Source of the DNA: Myxococcales bacterium
GTDB lineage: Bacteria > Myxococcota_A > Polyangia > Polyangiales > DASUME01
DNA length: 64,000 nucleotides
Direction of reading: 5' to 3'
Assembly (NCBI GenBank): GCA_047601445.1
Contig: JASGJH010000001.1
Span: 5,920,001-5,984,000 of the forward strand
Under the pieces are notes generated by a model, which was not told the DNA's origin, ran no database searches, and worked only from the letters and a program-made list of their open reading frames with translations. Positions 8,319 to 18,167 of the stretch are shown piece by piece. A program made the position numbers and the translations under genes. The first letter of the stretch is position 1. The number at the start of each line of letters is the position of its first letter.

Positions 8319-10186
8319 CGGGTGGAACTCGCGCTCATTGGCGTTGGAGAGGGAATCTTTTTGACCCCGGCCGGCAGCCACAGGAGCTTGGCGAGTCCAA
8401 TCTGGAACACACCGGCGTCCGTATCGAGACGCACGCCGAGATCGAAGGTGAGGTCCACCGGCAGCTTGGCGATGCCGTGGTAGCCGGGGATGGCGACCTT
8501 GAGATCGTGGGGATCGGCCATGGCATACAGGCCGATCAAGCCGAACACGTCCACCGCGCGCAGGAACTTCTTGCGGCCGCGCACGGCCGGCCACACGTAC
8601 TCCATGTCGACGCGGGCAGCGAGCTCCTCCTGGCGCATCACGGCAATGGCGGTGCCGCAGCCGGGTTGGAAGGCGGGCCTGCCGCACTCGAACACGCCGA
8701 ACAGGTTGGGTGCAGGGCGGTGATCGAGGTTCAAGCCGAGGATGCGCGAGGGCATCAGGTCGGTCAGGTCGGCCACGAAGAACTTGTAGAAGAAGGGCGG
8801 GTCACCGTAGACCGCGCCCGCGAAGGCGCCGAAGCGGAGGGTGTGCCCCCAGCGCGTCTGGCTCCAGTGGTTGATGCTCGCCTGCAGGCGCACGAACTGG
8901 TAGCTCGAGCCCATCAGAGGGCTCGAGAGGTCTCCCGAGAAGTTGGCCAGGATGCCACGCCGCGGGAGCGCCGCGCTGTCGCGCTTGTCGTAAGTGAAGC
9001 CGATCGAGAACATGGAGACGAAGCTCCAGCCACGGTCGATGCCGAAGTCGATGGGGGAGCGCGAACCAGGCCCCACGCCGCGCGCCTCGCTGGCCTCGTA
9101 GGGCATGCTGCCGGGCGGCACGTCGACGATGTCACCGTGCCAGTCGAGGGAGAGGCGTGTGAAGAATCCGACGTCGCGTGCGGTGCCCACGCCGAGCCCC
9201 GCGCGGTAGTAGTCCACCGTGGCCACGGGAGGCTTGAGGTAACATTTCTCCTGGGCTTCGGGGTTCGACTTTTCGTCGCACGGGACGTCCACGTACACCG
9301 CGCTATCGCCGCCGAAGTACTCGCGTCCGTTGACGAAGCTCGTCGTGGCGCGCAGCGACCAGCGCGAGTTGCCGAGCAGGGGATCGAAGTAGTTCAGGGC
9401 CACGCCCTGCTGGTCGGGCGCGAGCAGGAGCTGCCCGCCCAGCATGTGGCCGCTGCCCAGGAAGTTCGTGTCCGCCAGGGCCAGGCCGATGTAGGGCTCC
9501 GCTTGGCGCGTGGGCGTCGGCGAGTTGCCCTGCTTCTCTTTGACGCCTTCCACCGTCCAGCCCACGCCGGCGGCCAACTGCTGAAAGACGATGGTCTGGC
9601 GTTCCTCGACCTCGATTACCAACACGACCCAGCCGGGGCGCTTGCCGCGTTCGAGCCTCAGGTCGACCCGGTCATACCAGCCCGTGCCGAGCAGGCGATA
9701 GCGCAGGGCCTGGATCTGGGGGTCATCGACGTCGAACGTGCTCCCGGGCTCGATGGGCACCAGGCGCTTGATGAGGCGCAGCTTGGTCCGCTTGTTGCCG
9801 ACCACCTCGACGCGCTCGAGCAGGTAGTGCAGGCCGCCTTCTTCGGTGACGACCTCGTCCTCCTCGAGGTCGTCGGCCACGGGGACCTGGACTTCGTTGG
9901 GCAGGCCGGAGCTTTCGGCCTCGGGGACGCGCGGCGAGACGGTTACGTCGCCGGCTTCGCCCGCGGGCTTGGCCATGACAGGCGAGGGTAGAGGGCCGGG
10001 GGTCGCTTCAGGACCGGGCGCCGGGGTAGAGGCCTGGGCGGAGGGGCCGGGCTCCTGCGCGGAGATGAGGTCGGGCGCGGCGGCCAGCCACGCCAGGACG
10101 CAGAGCAATACTCGCGCACGCGCCAGCTGACGCGCGACGGGACCGCGGAGCGCTTTGCGGGTGGGGCGCGCTCCGCCCACGTCCAT
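8315..10186 (-). CDS. Omp85 (BamA/TamA) family outer membrane protein with one POTRA domain
   Basis: VEVVGNKRTK..LLGTGWY..LVIEVEER POTRA; DTNFLGSG; YDKRDSAALPRRG barrel motif. Confidence 0.85.
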   Translation of the reverse strand: MDVGGARPTRKALRGPVARQLARARVLLCVLAWLAAAPDLISAQEPGPSAQASTPAPGPEATPGPLPSPVMAKPAGEAGDVTVSPRVPEAESSGLPNEVQVPVADDLEEDEVVTEEGGLHYLLERVEVVGNKRTKLRLIKRLVPIEPGSTFDVDDPQIQALRYRLLGTGWYDRVDLRLERGKRPGWVVLVIEVEERQTIVFQQLAAGVGWTVEGVKEKQGNSPTPTRQAEPYIGLALADTNFLGSGHMLGGQLLLAPDQQGVALNYFDPLLGNSRWSLRATTSFVNGREYFGGDSAVYVDVPCDEKSNPEAQEKCYLKPPVATVDYYRAGLGVGTARDVGFFTRLSLDWHGDIVDVPPGSMPYEASEARGVGPGSRSPIDFGIDRGWSFVSMFSIGFTYDKRDSAALPRRGILANFSGDLSSPLMGSSYQFVRLQASINHWSQTRWGHTLRFGAFAGAVYGDPPFFYKFFVADLTDLMPSRILGLNLDHRPAPNLFGVFECGRPAFQPGCGTAIAVMRQEELAARVDMEYVWPAVRGRKKFLRAVDVFGLIGLYAMADPHDLKVAIPGYHGIAKLPVDLTFDLGVRLDTDAGVFQIGLAKLLWLPAGVKKIPSPTPMSASSTR

Positions 10187-10305
10187 CAGTGTCCTCCGAC
10201 CGGACCGAGCGCGCTCAGAATAAGCACTGCGACAATGGAGAGAACCACCACCACGCCAACCCAGCCAAGGGTGCCGAGGGCCGTAGTCTCCGGGGATTGG
10301 GGCAT
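10186..10305 (-). CDS. Putative 39-aa single-TM small protein (below the ORF-track cutoff)
   Basis: MPQSPETTALGTLGWVGVVVVLSIVAVLILSALGPVGGH; its TGA overlaps the ATG of the Omp85 gene. Confidence 0.55.
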   Translation of the reverse strand: MPQSPETTALGTLGWVGVVVVLSIVAVLILSALGPVGGH

Positions 10306-10385
10306 GTTACCGGGTGCGCTCATGGTCCGCTGACTTCGCTCACGGGGGGAAAGTTGTCAAGTCTCGAGGTGCTACCCTGAGCAGG

Positions 10386-11405
10386 ATGCAAACGCTGGTT
10401 CAAGGGGTGCGGCCGCTCGGCTTTCCACGGGTCACCGAAGACCCGTTCCTGTTCTGCGTCTATCACCGGGACGACTACCCGGCGGGAGACGGCCGTATGG
10501 GGCCTGCTGCCTCCCTGGCCGGGCGGAACCTGGGGCAAGACTTCGAGCTCAAGGACGGCTTCCGCATGTATCACGGGGAGCGCGTGCCAGGGTTTCCCCA
10601 GCACCCTCACCGGGGCTTCGAGACGGTGACCATCGTGCGCCGGGGGCTGGTCGACCATTCGGACTCGCTGGGGGCGACCGCTCGCTTCGGCGCCGGGGAC
10701 GTCCAGTGGCTCACGGCGGGGGCGGGCATCGTGCATTCGGAGATGTTCCCGCTGGTGCACACGGACCAAGCGAATCCGCTCGAGCTCTTTCAGATCTGGC
10801 TCAACCTGCCGCGGGCCCGGAAGATGGCTGCGCCTCACTTCGCCATGTTGTGGAGCGAGGCGGTGCCCCGGCTCACCCGTCGCGACGAGGCGGGTCGGGA
10901 GACCGAGATCACCCTGGTGGCAGGCGAGCTCGATGGGGTGCGTCCGCCCCCACCTCCGCCCGACTCCTGGGCCAATCAGCCCGACAGCGATGTGACGATT
11001 GCCACCCTGCGCATGGCCGCGGGGGCCCATTGCGTGTTGCCGCCGGCCCGGCCCGGGACTCGGCGTACGGTCTACTTCTTCGCGGGGAGCAAGTTGCGGG
11101 TGGGTGACGAGGAATTCACTTCCCACGCGGCCATCAGCGTGGCGCCGGAGCTGGAGTTGCCGCTCACGGCCGGTTCCGAGCCCTGCGACCTCCTCTTGCT
11201 ACAGGGGCGCCCCATCGGGGAGCCGGTGGTGCAGTACGGTCCATTCGTGATGAACGAGCGCGCCGAGATTCAGCGCGCCATGCTCGATTATCAGCGCACG
11301 GGCTTCGGTGGCTGGCCCTGGTCGGCGGATGATCCCGTGCACCCCAGTGACGCCGGGCGCTTCGCGCGCCATGTGGACGGACGTGTGGAGGAGCGCGATC
11401 GCTGA
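10386..11405 (+). CDS. Pirin family protein
   Basis: DPFLF, GFPQHPHRGFETVT, GIVHSE, QIWLNLP and GPFVMN motifs. Confidence 0.95.
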   Translation: MQTLVQGVRPLGFPRVTEDPFLFCVYHRDDYPAGDGRMGPAASLAGRNLGQDFELKDGFRMYHGERVPGFPQHPHRGFETVTIVRRGLVDHSDSLGATARFGAGDVQWLTAGAGIVHSEMFPLVHTDQANPLELFQIWLNLPRARKMAAPHFAMLWSEAVPRLTRRDEAGRETEITLVAGELDGVRPPPPPPDSWANQPDSDVTIATLRMAAGAHCVLPPARPGTRRTVYFFAGSKLRVGDEEFTSHAAISVAPELELPLTAGSEPCDLLLLQGRPIGEPVVQYGPFVMNERAEIQRAMLDYQRTGFGGWPWSADDPVHPSDAGRFARHVDGRVEERDR

Positions 11406-11439
11406 GCGCCTGCGTGCGGATCCCATGGCAGGCGAGATC

Positions 11440-11472
11440 GTGAGCGCGGCGAACCTCGCGGAGGGGTGGCCC
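11440..11472 (+). repeat. Partial (5') copy E of the dispersed element
   Basis: GTGAGCGCGGCGAACCTCGCGGAGGGGTGGCCC matches the first third of the element. Confidence 0.6.
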
Positions 11473-11520
11473 TCGCGGCGGTGCTTGAGTGAGGGCGCGG
11501 CTTCCGGTACCTAGGGTGGC

Positions 11521-12273
11521 ATGAACATGCGCTCGCTGCTCGTGACGCTGTCGGCTCTCGTTGCTTTGCTAGGTGGCCTGCCAGGCTGCTCTTCCGGGGA
11601 AGCGCCCGCCTCCGCGGCGCCGCCTCCGCCTCCGCCCCTGCCGGGGCAGGTGCCCGGCGCGCCGCCGGTGCCCGCCGCGCCAGCGATGCCCCAACAGATC
11701 AACAATCCAATGCAAGCGTTGCAGGCGCTCGGGGCGCTCGGACAACAGGCCGAACAGATGCTCGGGCAGCAGGCTGGGCAGGCTGAGCTCGGACCGGTGG
11801 TCAATTGGCGCGACCTGTCCGCGTTCCTGCCGGAATCCCTGGGTGACCTGAAGGCGAGCGGTGAAATCGACGGTGAGACCACCAGCATGCAAGGGTTGCA
11901 AGTGACCACCGTGAAGCGTCGCTACAAGAACGGGGAGACTGGTGCCCGGGTGGAGCTCGTGGACACGTCGCTGGCGCCGTTTCTACGGGCTCCCTTCGCC
12001 ATGGTGCAGTTGATCCAGGAAGACTCGAGTCGCGGCTACAAACGCGGCACGCAGGTCAAGGGACAGCCCGCGATCGCGCAATGGGAAGAGAAGCAAAAGC
12101 GCAGTGAGGTGCACATCCTGGCCGCTGGTCGCTTCCTGGTGAACGTGGAGCTCGACGACGCCAAGCAGGGGCAGGCCGAGGGCCTCGCCGAAGCGCTCGA
12201 CCTCGCGGGCATCATCGCGAGCGCGGCCAAGGCCAAAGCGCAGCCGGGCGCGGCTCCGGCGCCGAGCCCTTGA
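11521..12273 (+). CDS. Hypothetical lipoprotein
   Basis: Signal peptide with lipobox LPGC; Pro-rich linker. Confidence 0.8.
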   Translation: MNMRSLLVTLSALVALLGGLPGCSSGEAPASAAPPPPPPLPGQVPGAPPVPAAPAMPQQINNPMQALQALGALGQQAEQMLGQQAGQAELGPVVNWRDLSAFLPESLGDLKASGEIDGETTSMQGLQVTTVKRRYKNGETGARVELVDTSLAPFLRAPFAMVQLIQEDSSRGYKRGTQVKGQPAIAQWEEKQKRSEVHILAAGRFLVNVELDDAKQGQAEGLAEALDLAGIIASAAKAKAQPGAAPAPSP

Positions 12274-13571
12274 GCGCGAACCTCGCTCGTGAGTCGCTAG
12301 GCCCTCGGCGCCGTGCGCCGAAGGAGTCGCTGGTCGTCACCTCGAGCGCACCTGAAGCGCAGGCGGCCCTGGAGCGCGCCGGCTGGTCCCTGCTCTATCA
12401 CCGCGCAAATGTTACGGAACAGCTCGAAGCAGCGCTGCGCCATGATCCGGGCCTCGTGCTCGCCCATGTCTTGCGCGGCTTTCAGCTGCGCTTGCTGGCG
12501 CGTCGCGATCTCGCACCACAGCTGACCCAGCATCTCGCCCATGCGCGTGAATCGCTCGCGGATCGCGGTGGCACGGCGCGCGAGCGCCTCTTGTTCGCGG
12601 CGCTCCAGGCTTGGCACGCCGGCGCAGTGAACTCCGCCATCGACGCGCTGCGCGCCGCCTCGTCGGCCCACCCGAGCTGCCTGTTGAGCATGAAGCTGCA
12701 GCACGCCCTGTGCTTCATGTACGGTCGGCTCGACGAGACACGGGCCAGCCTTTCGGCGGCGCTCGCAGCCCACGAAGCAGGCTCGGCCGGCCACGGTGCA
12801 GTGCTCGGTTGCCTCGCCTTCGCGCTCGAGGAAGCGGGCGAGCTGGAGGCAGCTCGGCGCGCGGCCGAGTGCGCGCTCGAAACGGCACCCTGCGATGCCT
12901 GGGCCTTTCATGCCCTGCTGCATGTGCACGGCGCGCGCGGGGAACGCGGCCGCGCCCTGGCCCTGCTGGCGCGTGGTTTCGAGCCCTTCGAGGGGGGCGG
13001 CAATTTTCTCCAGCACCTGGCTTGGCATCATGGGCTGTTGGCGTTGGAGGACGGGCACGTCGACGCTGCACTGGCGATCTATGACCGCCAAGTCGCGCGC
13101 GGCCTCGGTACCGATTACCGCGACCTGATCAACTGCGTGTCGCTCCTGCTGCGGCTCGAGCGCGCGGCCGTGGACGTGGGGACGCGTTACGAGTCGCTGG
13201 CCAGCTGGAGCGCGGCCCAGCTCGGCGACCACTCGCTCGCTTTCGCCGACGTCCACCATCTCTTGGCGTTGCTCGCGTCGGGTCGAGCGCCCCAGGCGCG
13301 TGAGTTCCTGGCGTCCTTGCGCGCGCAGCTGGCGCAGCGGACCGACGCCGACGCCGAGCTCGCGTCTCGGCTCGCCATCCCCTTGATGGAGTCGCTGCTC
13401 TCGCGTTGGGAGCAGCGTGAGCTCGGATCAGCGCAGATCCGCCGCGCGAGCGCTCACGCGCTGCGCGGGCTAGGCGGGAGTCACCTGCAGCGCGAGCTGT
13501 TCGCGCTCATGCTGAGTGACGCAGGCGGAGCTTCAGCATCCGCCGTCCCAATCGAGAGGAGGAGCGTGTGA
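12270..13571 (+). CDS. TTC38-like tetratricopeptide repeat protein
   Basis: LAFALEEAG, DAWAFHALLHV, HLAWH, FADVH and GGSHLQR motifs. Confidence 0.85.
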   Translation: MSANLARESLGPRRRAPKESLVVTSSAPEAQAALERAGWSLLYHRANVTEQLEAALRHDPGLVLAHVLRGFQLRLLARRDLAPQLTQHLAHARESLADRGGTARERLLFAALQAWHAGAVNSAIDALRAASSAHPSCLLSMKLQHALCFMYGRLDETRASLSAALAAHEAGSAGHGAVLGCLAFALEEAGELEAARRAAECALETAPCDAWAFHALLHVHGARGERGRALALLARGFEPFEGGGNFLQHLAWHHGLLALEDGHVDAALAIYDRQVARGLGTDYRDLINCVSLLLRLERAAVDVGTRYESLASWSAAQLGDHSLAFADVHHLLALLASGRAPQAREFLASLRAQLAQRTDADAELASRLAIPLMESLLSRWEQRELGSAQIRRASAHALRGLGGSHLQRELFALMLSDAGGASASAVPIERRSV

Positions 13572-14263
13572 GTGCAGGCCCGAAGGCGAGTGTCTTGATC
13601 ACCGGGGCCAGCGGCAATGTGGGCCAGGCCATCGCGCGTGAGCTCGCCCCCAAAGTCAGGCTGGCATTGTTCGATCGTCGCGCGAGCGCGCTCGGCGACT
13701 TACCCAACGCTTCCGAGCACCAAAGTTATGGAGGGGTCGATCTGAACGACGAGCCCAGGGTGGCGTCGGCCGTCGGTGACGTGTCCGCTCGCCTCGGCAG
13801 CATTCGCGCGCTGGTCCATACCGTGGGTGGTTGGGCAGGTGGCACGGACGTGCGCGACCAGGGTACGGACCTGGTGCGCCGCATGCTGGAGATCAATTAT
13901 CTCTCCGCCGTCACCATCGTCCGCGCCGTGTTGCCTGGCATGCTTTCGGCGGGCGGCGGAACCATCGTGTTGTTCGGCAGTGCGGACGCTCTCAAGGGGC
14001 GAGCCGGGAGCTCTGCTTACGCGGCCTCCAAGGGCGCACTCCTGCGTTTCTCCGAGTCGTTGGCCGAAGAAGTGGGCTCTGGTGGCATCCGCGTACGCGT
14101 GATCCTGCCCACCACCATCGACACCGAGATCAATCGAAAGGCCATGCCTAACGCGCGCTTCAGCGATTGGGTTACGCCGGAACAAATCGCGCGCAGCGTG
14201 TCTTTCCTCATCGACGATGCCTCGGATGGGATTCGCTACGCCACCGTCCCCATGGGAAGGTGA
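13568..14263 (+). CDS. SDR family oxidoreductase
   Basis: TGASGNVG and YAASK motifs. Confidence 0.93.
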   Translation: MSAGPKASVLITGASGNVGQAIARELAPKVRLALFDRRASALGDLPNASEHQSYGGVDLNDEPRVASAVGDVSARLGSIRALVHTVGGWAGGTDVRDQGTDLVRRMLEINYLSAVTIVRAVLPGMLSAGGGTIVLFGSADALKGRAGSSAYAASKGALLRFSESLAEEVGSGGIRVRVILPTTIDTEINRKAMPNARFSDWVTPEQIARSVSFLIDDASDGIRYATVPMGR

Positions 14264-14343
14264 AATGTTTCCACTCGCGGCGTGATGGACGCATGCGTTG
14301 ACAATCGCGCGGCGCAGGCGTTCACTGAGTGAAGGAGGCTCGA

Positions 14344-14778
14344 GTGAGCGCGCACGGAGCTGCATCGCAGGTTCGTCATGCGGCAAGCACGCCTCCTCCT
14401 TGCCCGCGCTGCTATTGCCAGGAAGAAGTTCTGTGGCCCTGGGCGGGCTTCCGCGTGGCGCGCGTCGTCTGGTGCTTGGGTCTGTGTGTGATCGTGGTGT
14501 TGGCGCCGATCTTGGCCTCCGACATCCTCGTGATGACGCCCCTCACGGTCTTGTTCTTGTTCGCAGGCGGACCTTTGTTCGGCTTCGCCAAGCAAGAACC
14601 CACCTGCCGCGTATGTGGTTTGGCGCGGCCTTCGCCGGGTTGGCACGAGACACCCTGTCGACCGCTGCGCGGCCTGGCGAGCTCACGGCTCAAGGTGCAG
14701 CGCAGCGGGCAGCCCGAGCCTCCCGTCGAGGAGAGCGGAGTCAGGGAATTGCCGAAGAGGCGACCCGCCGGGGAATAG
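14344..14778 (+). CDS. Small membrane protein with CxxC-(two hydrophobic segments)-CxxC
   Basis: GAAGGAGG RBS then GTG; CPRC ... CRVC flank the hydrophobic stretch. Confidence 0.6.
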   Translation: MSAHGAASQVRHAASTPPPCPRCYCQEEVLWPWAGFRVARVVWCLGLCVIVVLAPILASDILVMTPLTVLFLFAGGPLFGFAKQEPTCRVCGLARPSPGWHETPCRPLRGLASSRLKVQRSGQPEPPVEESGVRELPKRRPAGE

Positions 14779-15031
14779 GACGGGGTACGGCTGCGCAGCG
14801 CTACTCGTACCCGTGTTCGTGAGACGAAGTCGTGCACGTGCGCGAGGCCCCCTGCCACACGGAAGTCGGGGGCCAAGCACGGGCCATGTCACCAAGAGCT
14901 CCGTTCACCTTGTCACCTCACGAAAAGCCGAATTCGTGTGCGTTCGTTTCTTGCAAACAGCCTTCGATCTTGCGGGCTTTCGTGGCGCGCACACGTGTTC
15001 GAGAAAGGTGCTTTCTCGAGAGGAGGCTCGG

Positions 15032-15487
15032 ATGGAGGCCACGTGGGTTGTGACGGCCGATCGCGCGGGCGCGCGGCTGTTGGAGAGAAACCGTGACGTT
15101 CGAGAGGGCTACGAGGTCATCGAACAGGTGGAGCACCCCGAGGGGCGGCTGCGCGATAACGAGATCGACACCGACCGCGCTGGCACGAGTCGCACCGCGC
15201 GCGGCACTTCCGCCAGCAGCGCGGTGAGCCACACCATGGGAGGCGGCAACGCGGACTCGGCCCACGATCACAAGGCGCAGTTGTTCGCCAAGAGCATCGC
15301 CGAGAAGCTCCAGCACGCACGCGGCGCCGGCCGCTTCAGTCGCCTGGTGCTGGCGGCGGAGCCACGCTTCTTGGGCTGGCTGCGCGACTCGTTGGATCCA
15401 CCCACCGCGCGCTGTGTGGTCGAGAGCATCTCCAAGAACCTGCAGAGCGTGGCGTTGGGCGAGCTCGCGAATCACCTCAAGAGCTAG
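15032..15487 (+). CDS. Host attachment protein (baeRF1-like family)
   Basis: TWVVTADRAGAR, TDRAG and LVLAAEPRFLGWLR motifs; GAGGAGG RBS. Confidence 0.88.
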   Translation: MEATWVVTADRAGARLLERNRDVREGYEVIEQVEHPEGRLRDNEIDTDRAGTSRTARGTSASSAVSHTMGGGNADSAHDHKAQLFAKSIAEKLQHARGAGRFSRLVLAAEPRFLGWLRDSLDPPTARCVVESISKNLQSVALGELANHLKS

Positions 15488-15507
15488 TCCCAGCGCGCAC
15501 TGCGCGG

Positions 15508-16968
15508 TCAGTCCTTGCGTGCCACCAGGGCCGAGGGCCGCAGCTGCACGTAGCCTACGATGCCGAACGCGAGCCGCGTCCCGTAGATGGGCTCGAGTTC
15601 GGCGTCCAGGGGCACCATCGAGGTGCGCAGGCCCACGCCCGGCGAAAGCGACAGCAGCGGCCGGAAGTAGTAGGCGTAGCCCAGGGAGAGCATGCCCACC
15701 GCGAAGCGCTTGCGGGATCGCGGGTCGTCGGGGATCAGCGTGCGCGCGAACTTGTCGGCGTACTCCGCGCGCCCGTAGAGCGTGTGATGCCCGTCGATGT
15801 TCCAGTTGGTCTCTGCCAGTGCCGAGGGCGAGGTGGCCGTGCCTTGCACGACGTTTTGGCCGAATACCAGAGTGCTCGCCCAGTTGGCCTCCGGACCCGA
15901 GCGCACGTTGTACATGGCCGAGGTCGTCAGGCGGTGCACCGAGAGATCCGAGACGTGGGGGTCGGGTCTGTGGAAGTACCCATAGGACGCCTGGATGCTC
16001 CACTTGTTGCTGGGGTTGTAGGTAAGGCGCGTGGCCAAGGAGTCGGGCACGTTGAGGTCGATGTCCCACCAGGTTTGATCCGGACCACGCCCGTTGAACC
16101 AGGACACCTCGTACTTGAACTGCCGACTGAATAGACCGGCCGTGATCACGCCGGCGCTGGTGCGTGGCGAGTCTTGGTAACTGTAGCCGAGGGGCGCCAG
16201 CGGGTCCGAGACCGCCGACACGCGGTACAGATAGGAGCCGGGTCCCAGCGCAGGCTCGCCCACCAGCGCCAGGTACAGCTGCAGCGCGAGCTCCTTGTGC
16301 ACCGGGAACGAGAACATGGTGGCGATCTCGCTGAACAGGTCGTGGGGGTGCTGACGGTCGTGCAGCAGTGAGCCCTCGGAGTAATCTCCGGTCTGCCCCA
16401 CCAGCGGATAGCCGTGCTTCATGGTGAAGGCCTCCCAGCTGAGGATCACTCTGGGCAGGAACTCTCCCCGCCCCAGCGCGTGCCACATCATGAACAGGAG
16501 CGAGTTGGTACTCAGGAAGCGCTTGCCGCCGCGATCGCTGCTGAACCAGTCGTAGCCCAGGAAGATATTGCCGCGGGCCATGAAGCCCCAGCTTCCGAAG
16601 TTGGTCATCAGCCCGTACATCGGCGAGGACGAAGGCATCCACGAGGTGCCCGAGCCCATGCGCGAGCGCGCCAGGTCGAAAAAGTCCGTCATCAGCTCGG
16701 CGGGAGGCGTGTGCGCCTGGGCCAGGCCCGAGGCGGCCTCCTGGACCGGCTCCGGGAGCTTCTGGAGAACGGGCCCCTGGGGCGCGTTCTCGGGCAGCTC
16801 CTCGGGCGCATGCTCGGTGGTGCTCTCGTGGTGGACCTCGGCCTGGTCGGGCGCGGTCCCGGCGTCCTGAGCGCGCGCCACGCCGCACAGGCAGACCAGG
16901 CACAGGCTGATTTTCAGGAGCTTCAAGGGCCACCGTTTCCGCCGGGACGACGCGGCGCCCTCGTTCAT
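15508..16968 (-). CDS. Exported, probable outer-membrane beta-barrel protein (GSGTSW family); start uncertain
   Basis: Signal peptide; GSGTSWMP, QTG..DRQHPHDLF and GEPALGP motifs; amphipathic beta strands. Confidence 0.7.
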   Translation of the reverse strand: MNEGAASSRRKRWPLKLLKISLCLVCLCGVARAQDAGTAPDQAEVHHESTTEHAPEELPENAPQGPVLQKLPEPVQEAASGLAQAHTPPAELMTDFFDLARSRMGSGTSWMPSSSPMYGLMTNFGSWGFMARGNIFLGYDWFSSDRGGKRFLSTNSLLFMMWHALGRGEFLPRVILSWEAFTMKHGYPLVGQTGDYSEGSLLHDRQHPHDLFSEIATMFSFPVHKELALQLYLALVGEPALGPGSYLYRVSAVSDPLAPLGYSYQDSPRTSAGVITAGLFSRQFKYEVSWFNGRGPDQTWWDIDLNVPDSLATRLTYNPSNKWSIQASYGYFHRPDPHVSDLSVHRLTTSAMYNVRSGPEANWASTLVFGQNVVQGTATSPSALAETNWNIDGHHTLYGRAEYADKFARTLIPDDPRSRKRFAVGMLSLGYAYYFRPLLSLSPGVGLRTSMVPLDAELEPIYGTRLAFGIVGYVQLRPSALVARKD

Positions 16969-17061
16969 ACCGTAGAGCGCAGGACAGCTTAGCGCCTGCT
17001 CTGGCGGCTCATCGAGCAATTGCATTTTGCGCCCGCGTCCCGTCTGGGTTACGCAGACTCT

Positions 17062-18036
17062 GTGTCCCTGGCTGAGCAGTGTCGCTCCGATCGCTACGAC
17101 GAGATCTACGTCTCACCGCACCTCGACGATGCGATCTACTCCTGCGCCGGCCGCATCACGCAGCAACGCCGGGCCGGGCGCTCGGTGCTGGTGGTCACCT
17201 TGTTCGGAAACGGTAAGAACGACCCGGCCGCCACCGAGGGGCGCTTCGGCGACTTCGCGCTGCGCCGTGAGGAGGACCGCGCCGCCATGGCGCGCGTGGA
17301 CGCCGACTACGTTTGGTACAACGAGCCGGACTTCGTTTTCCGCCGGCCGGGGCCCGGCGACCTGTTACGCATCGCGTTCCCGTTCCTGCGGCTGCCAGCC
17401 AGCCAGATGCAGTCGCGCCTGCTCTCCGCGCTGCTCGCTCTGTTCGAGCAGCGCCTCAAGCCGGGCGGGCGCGTGATGTTTCCACTCGCGGTGGGCTTCC
17501 ATCCGGATCACCGCATCGCGTTCGACGTGGGACGCGCGGTGCACGCGCACGGTCGTTTCCAGGTGTCGTTTTACGAGGACATCCCTTACACGCTCGCGCC
17601 CGTGATGCGCACGCTGCGCCTGCGATACCTCGGCTTTGCACCTACTCGGACGCCGCTCATTCAAAGCGCACACGAAATGAACGTCGCGCTCTTTCGGTTC
17701 TTCCACGTGCCGTGGCTGACGTTCTTGCCGACCCTGCTGTACACCTTGCTCCTCCTGCTGGCGCAGCGGCTCCTCAACGCCCAGGACCGCCTGCGCGGGG
17801 AACCCGCTCCCATTCCGGAAGCCGAGACACGCATCGACGACGTCATCGACGACAAGGTGGCAGCGATGCGTCTCTACCCGACGCAGACAGAGCTGTTCTT
17901 GGCGATGGACGACAAGCTCTACGAGATGCTGCGCGAGCCCGCCGGCTACTTCGAAAGACGCTGGATTTTCCCGCGTTTCGAGCCGCCGAGCCAGCGCCTA
18001 CTCCAACTCGGGGTGACGCCCCGCGAACCCATGTGA
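17062..18036 (+). CDS. PIG-L/LmbE family deacetylase
   Basis: SPHLDD, RREED, HPDH and YEDIPY motifs. Confidence 0.9.
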   Translation: MSLAEQCRSDRYDEIYVSPHLDDAIYSCAGRITQQRRAGRSVLVVTLFGNGKNDPAATEGRFGDFALRREEDRAAMARVDADYVWYNEPDFVFRRPGPGDLLRIAFPFLRLPASQMQSRLLSALLALFEQRLKPGGRVMFPLAVGFHPDHRIAFDVGRAVHAHGRFQVSFYEDIPYTLAPVMRTLRLRYLGFAPTRTPLIQSAHEMNVALFRFFHVPWLTFLPTLLYTLLLLLAQRLLNAQDRLRGEPAPIPEAETRIDDVIDDKVAAMRLYPTQTELFLAMDDKLYEMLREPAGYFERRWIFPRFEPPSQRLLQLGVTPREPM

Positions 18037-18167
18037 GGATCGGTGCGAGGGTTGCTCTCACTGCTCTTTTGTAGTCCTCCTCATTTGTCGATGGGCATTC
18101 ATTTCGCCTCTGGAGGCTCACTTTTGCGTATGATGCGAAGCAACCCAGCCGGGGGACAGGCAGGGAT

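Noticed and set aside
10334..10350. Further repeat copy (CCCGTGAGCGAAG on the minus strand); similar short match at 12271-12286
   Set aside because: The matches are too short and the downstream hairpins are missing
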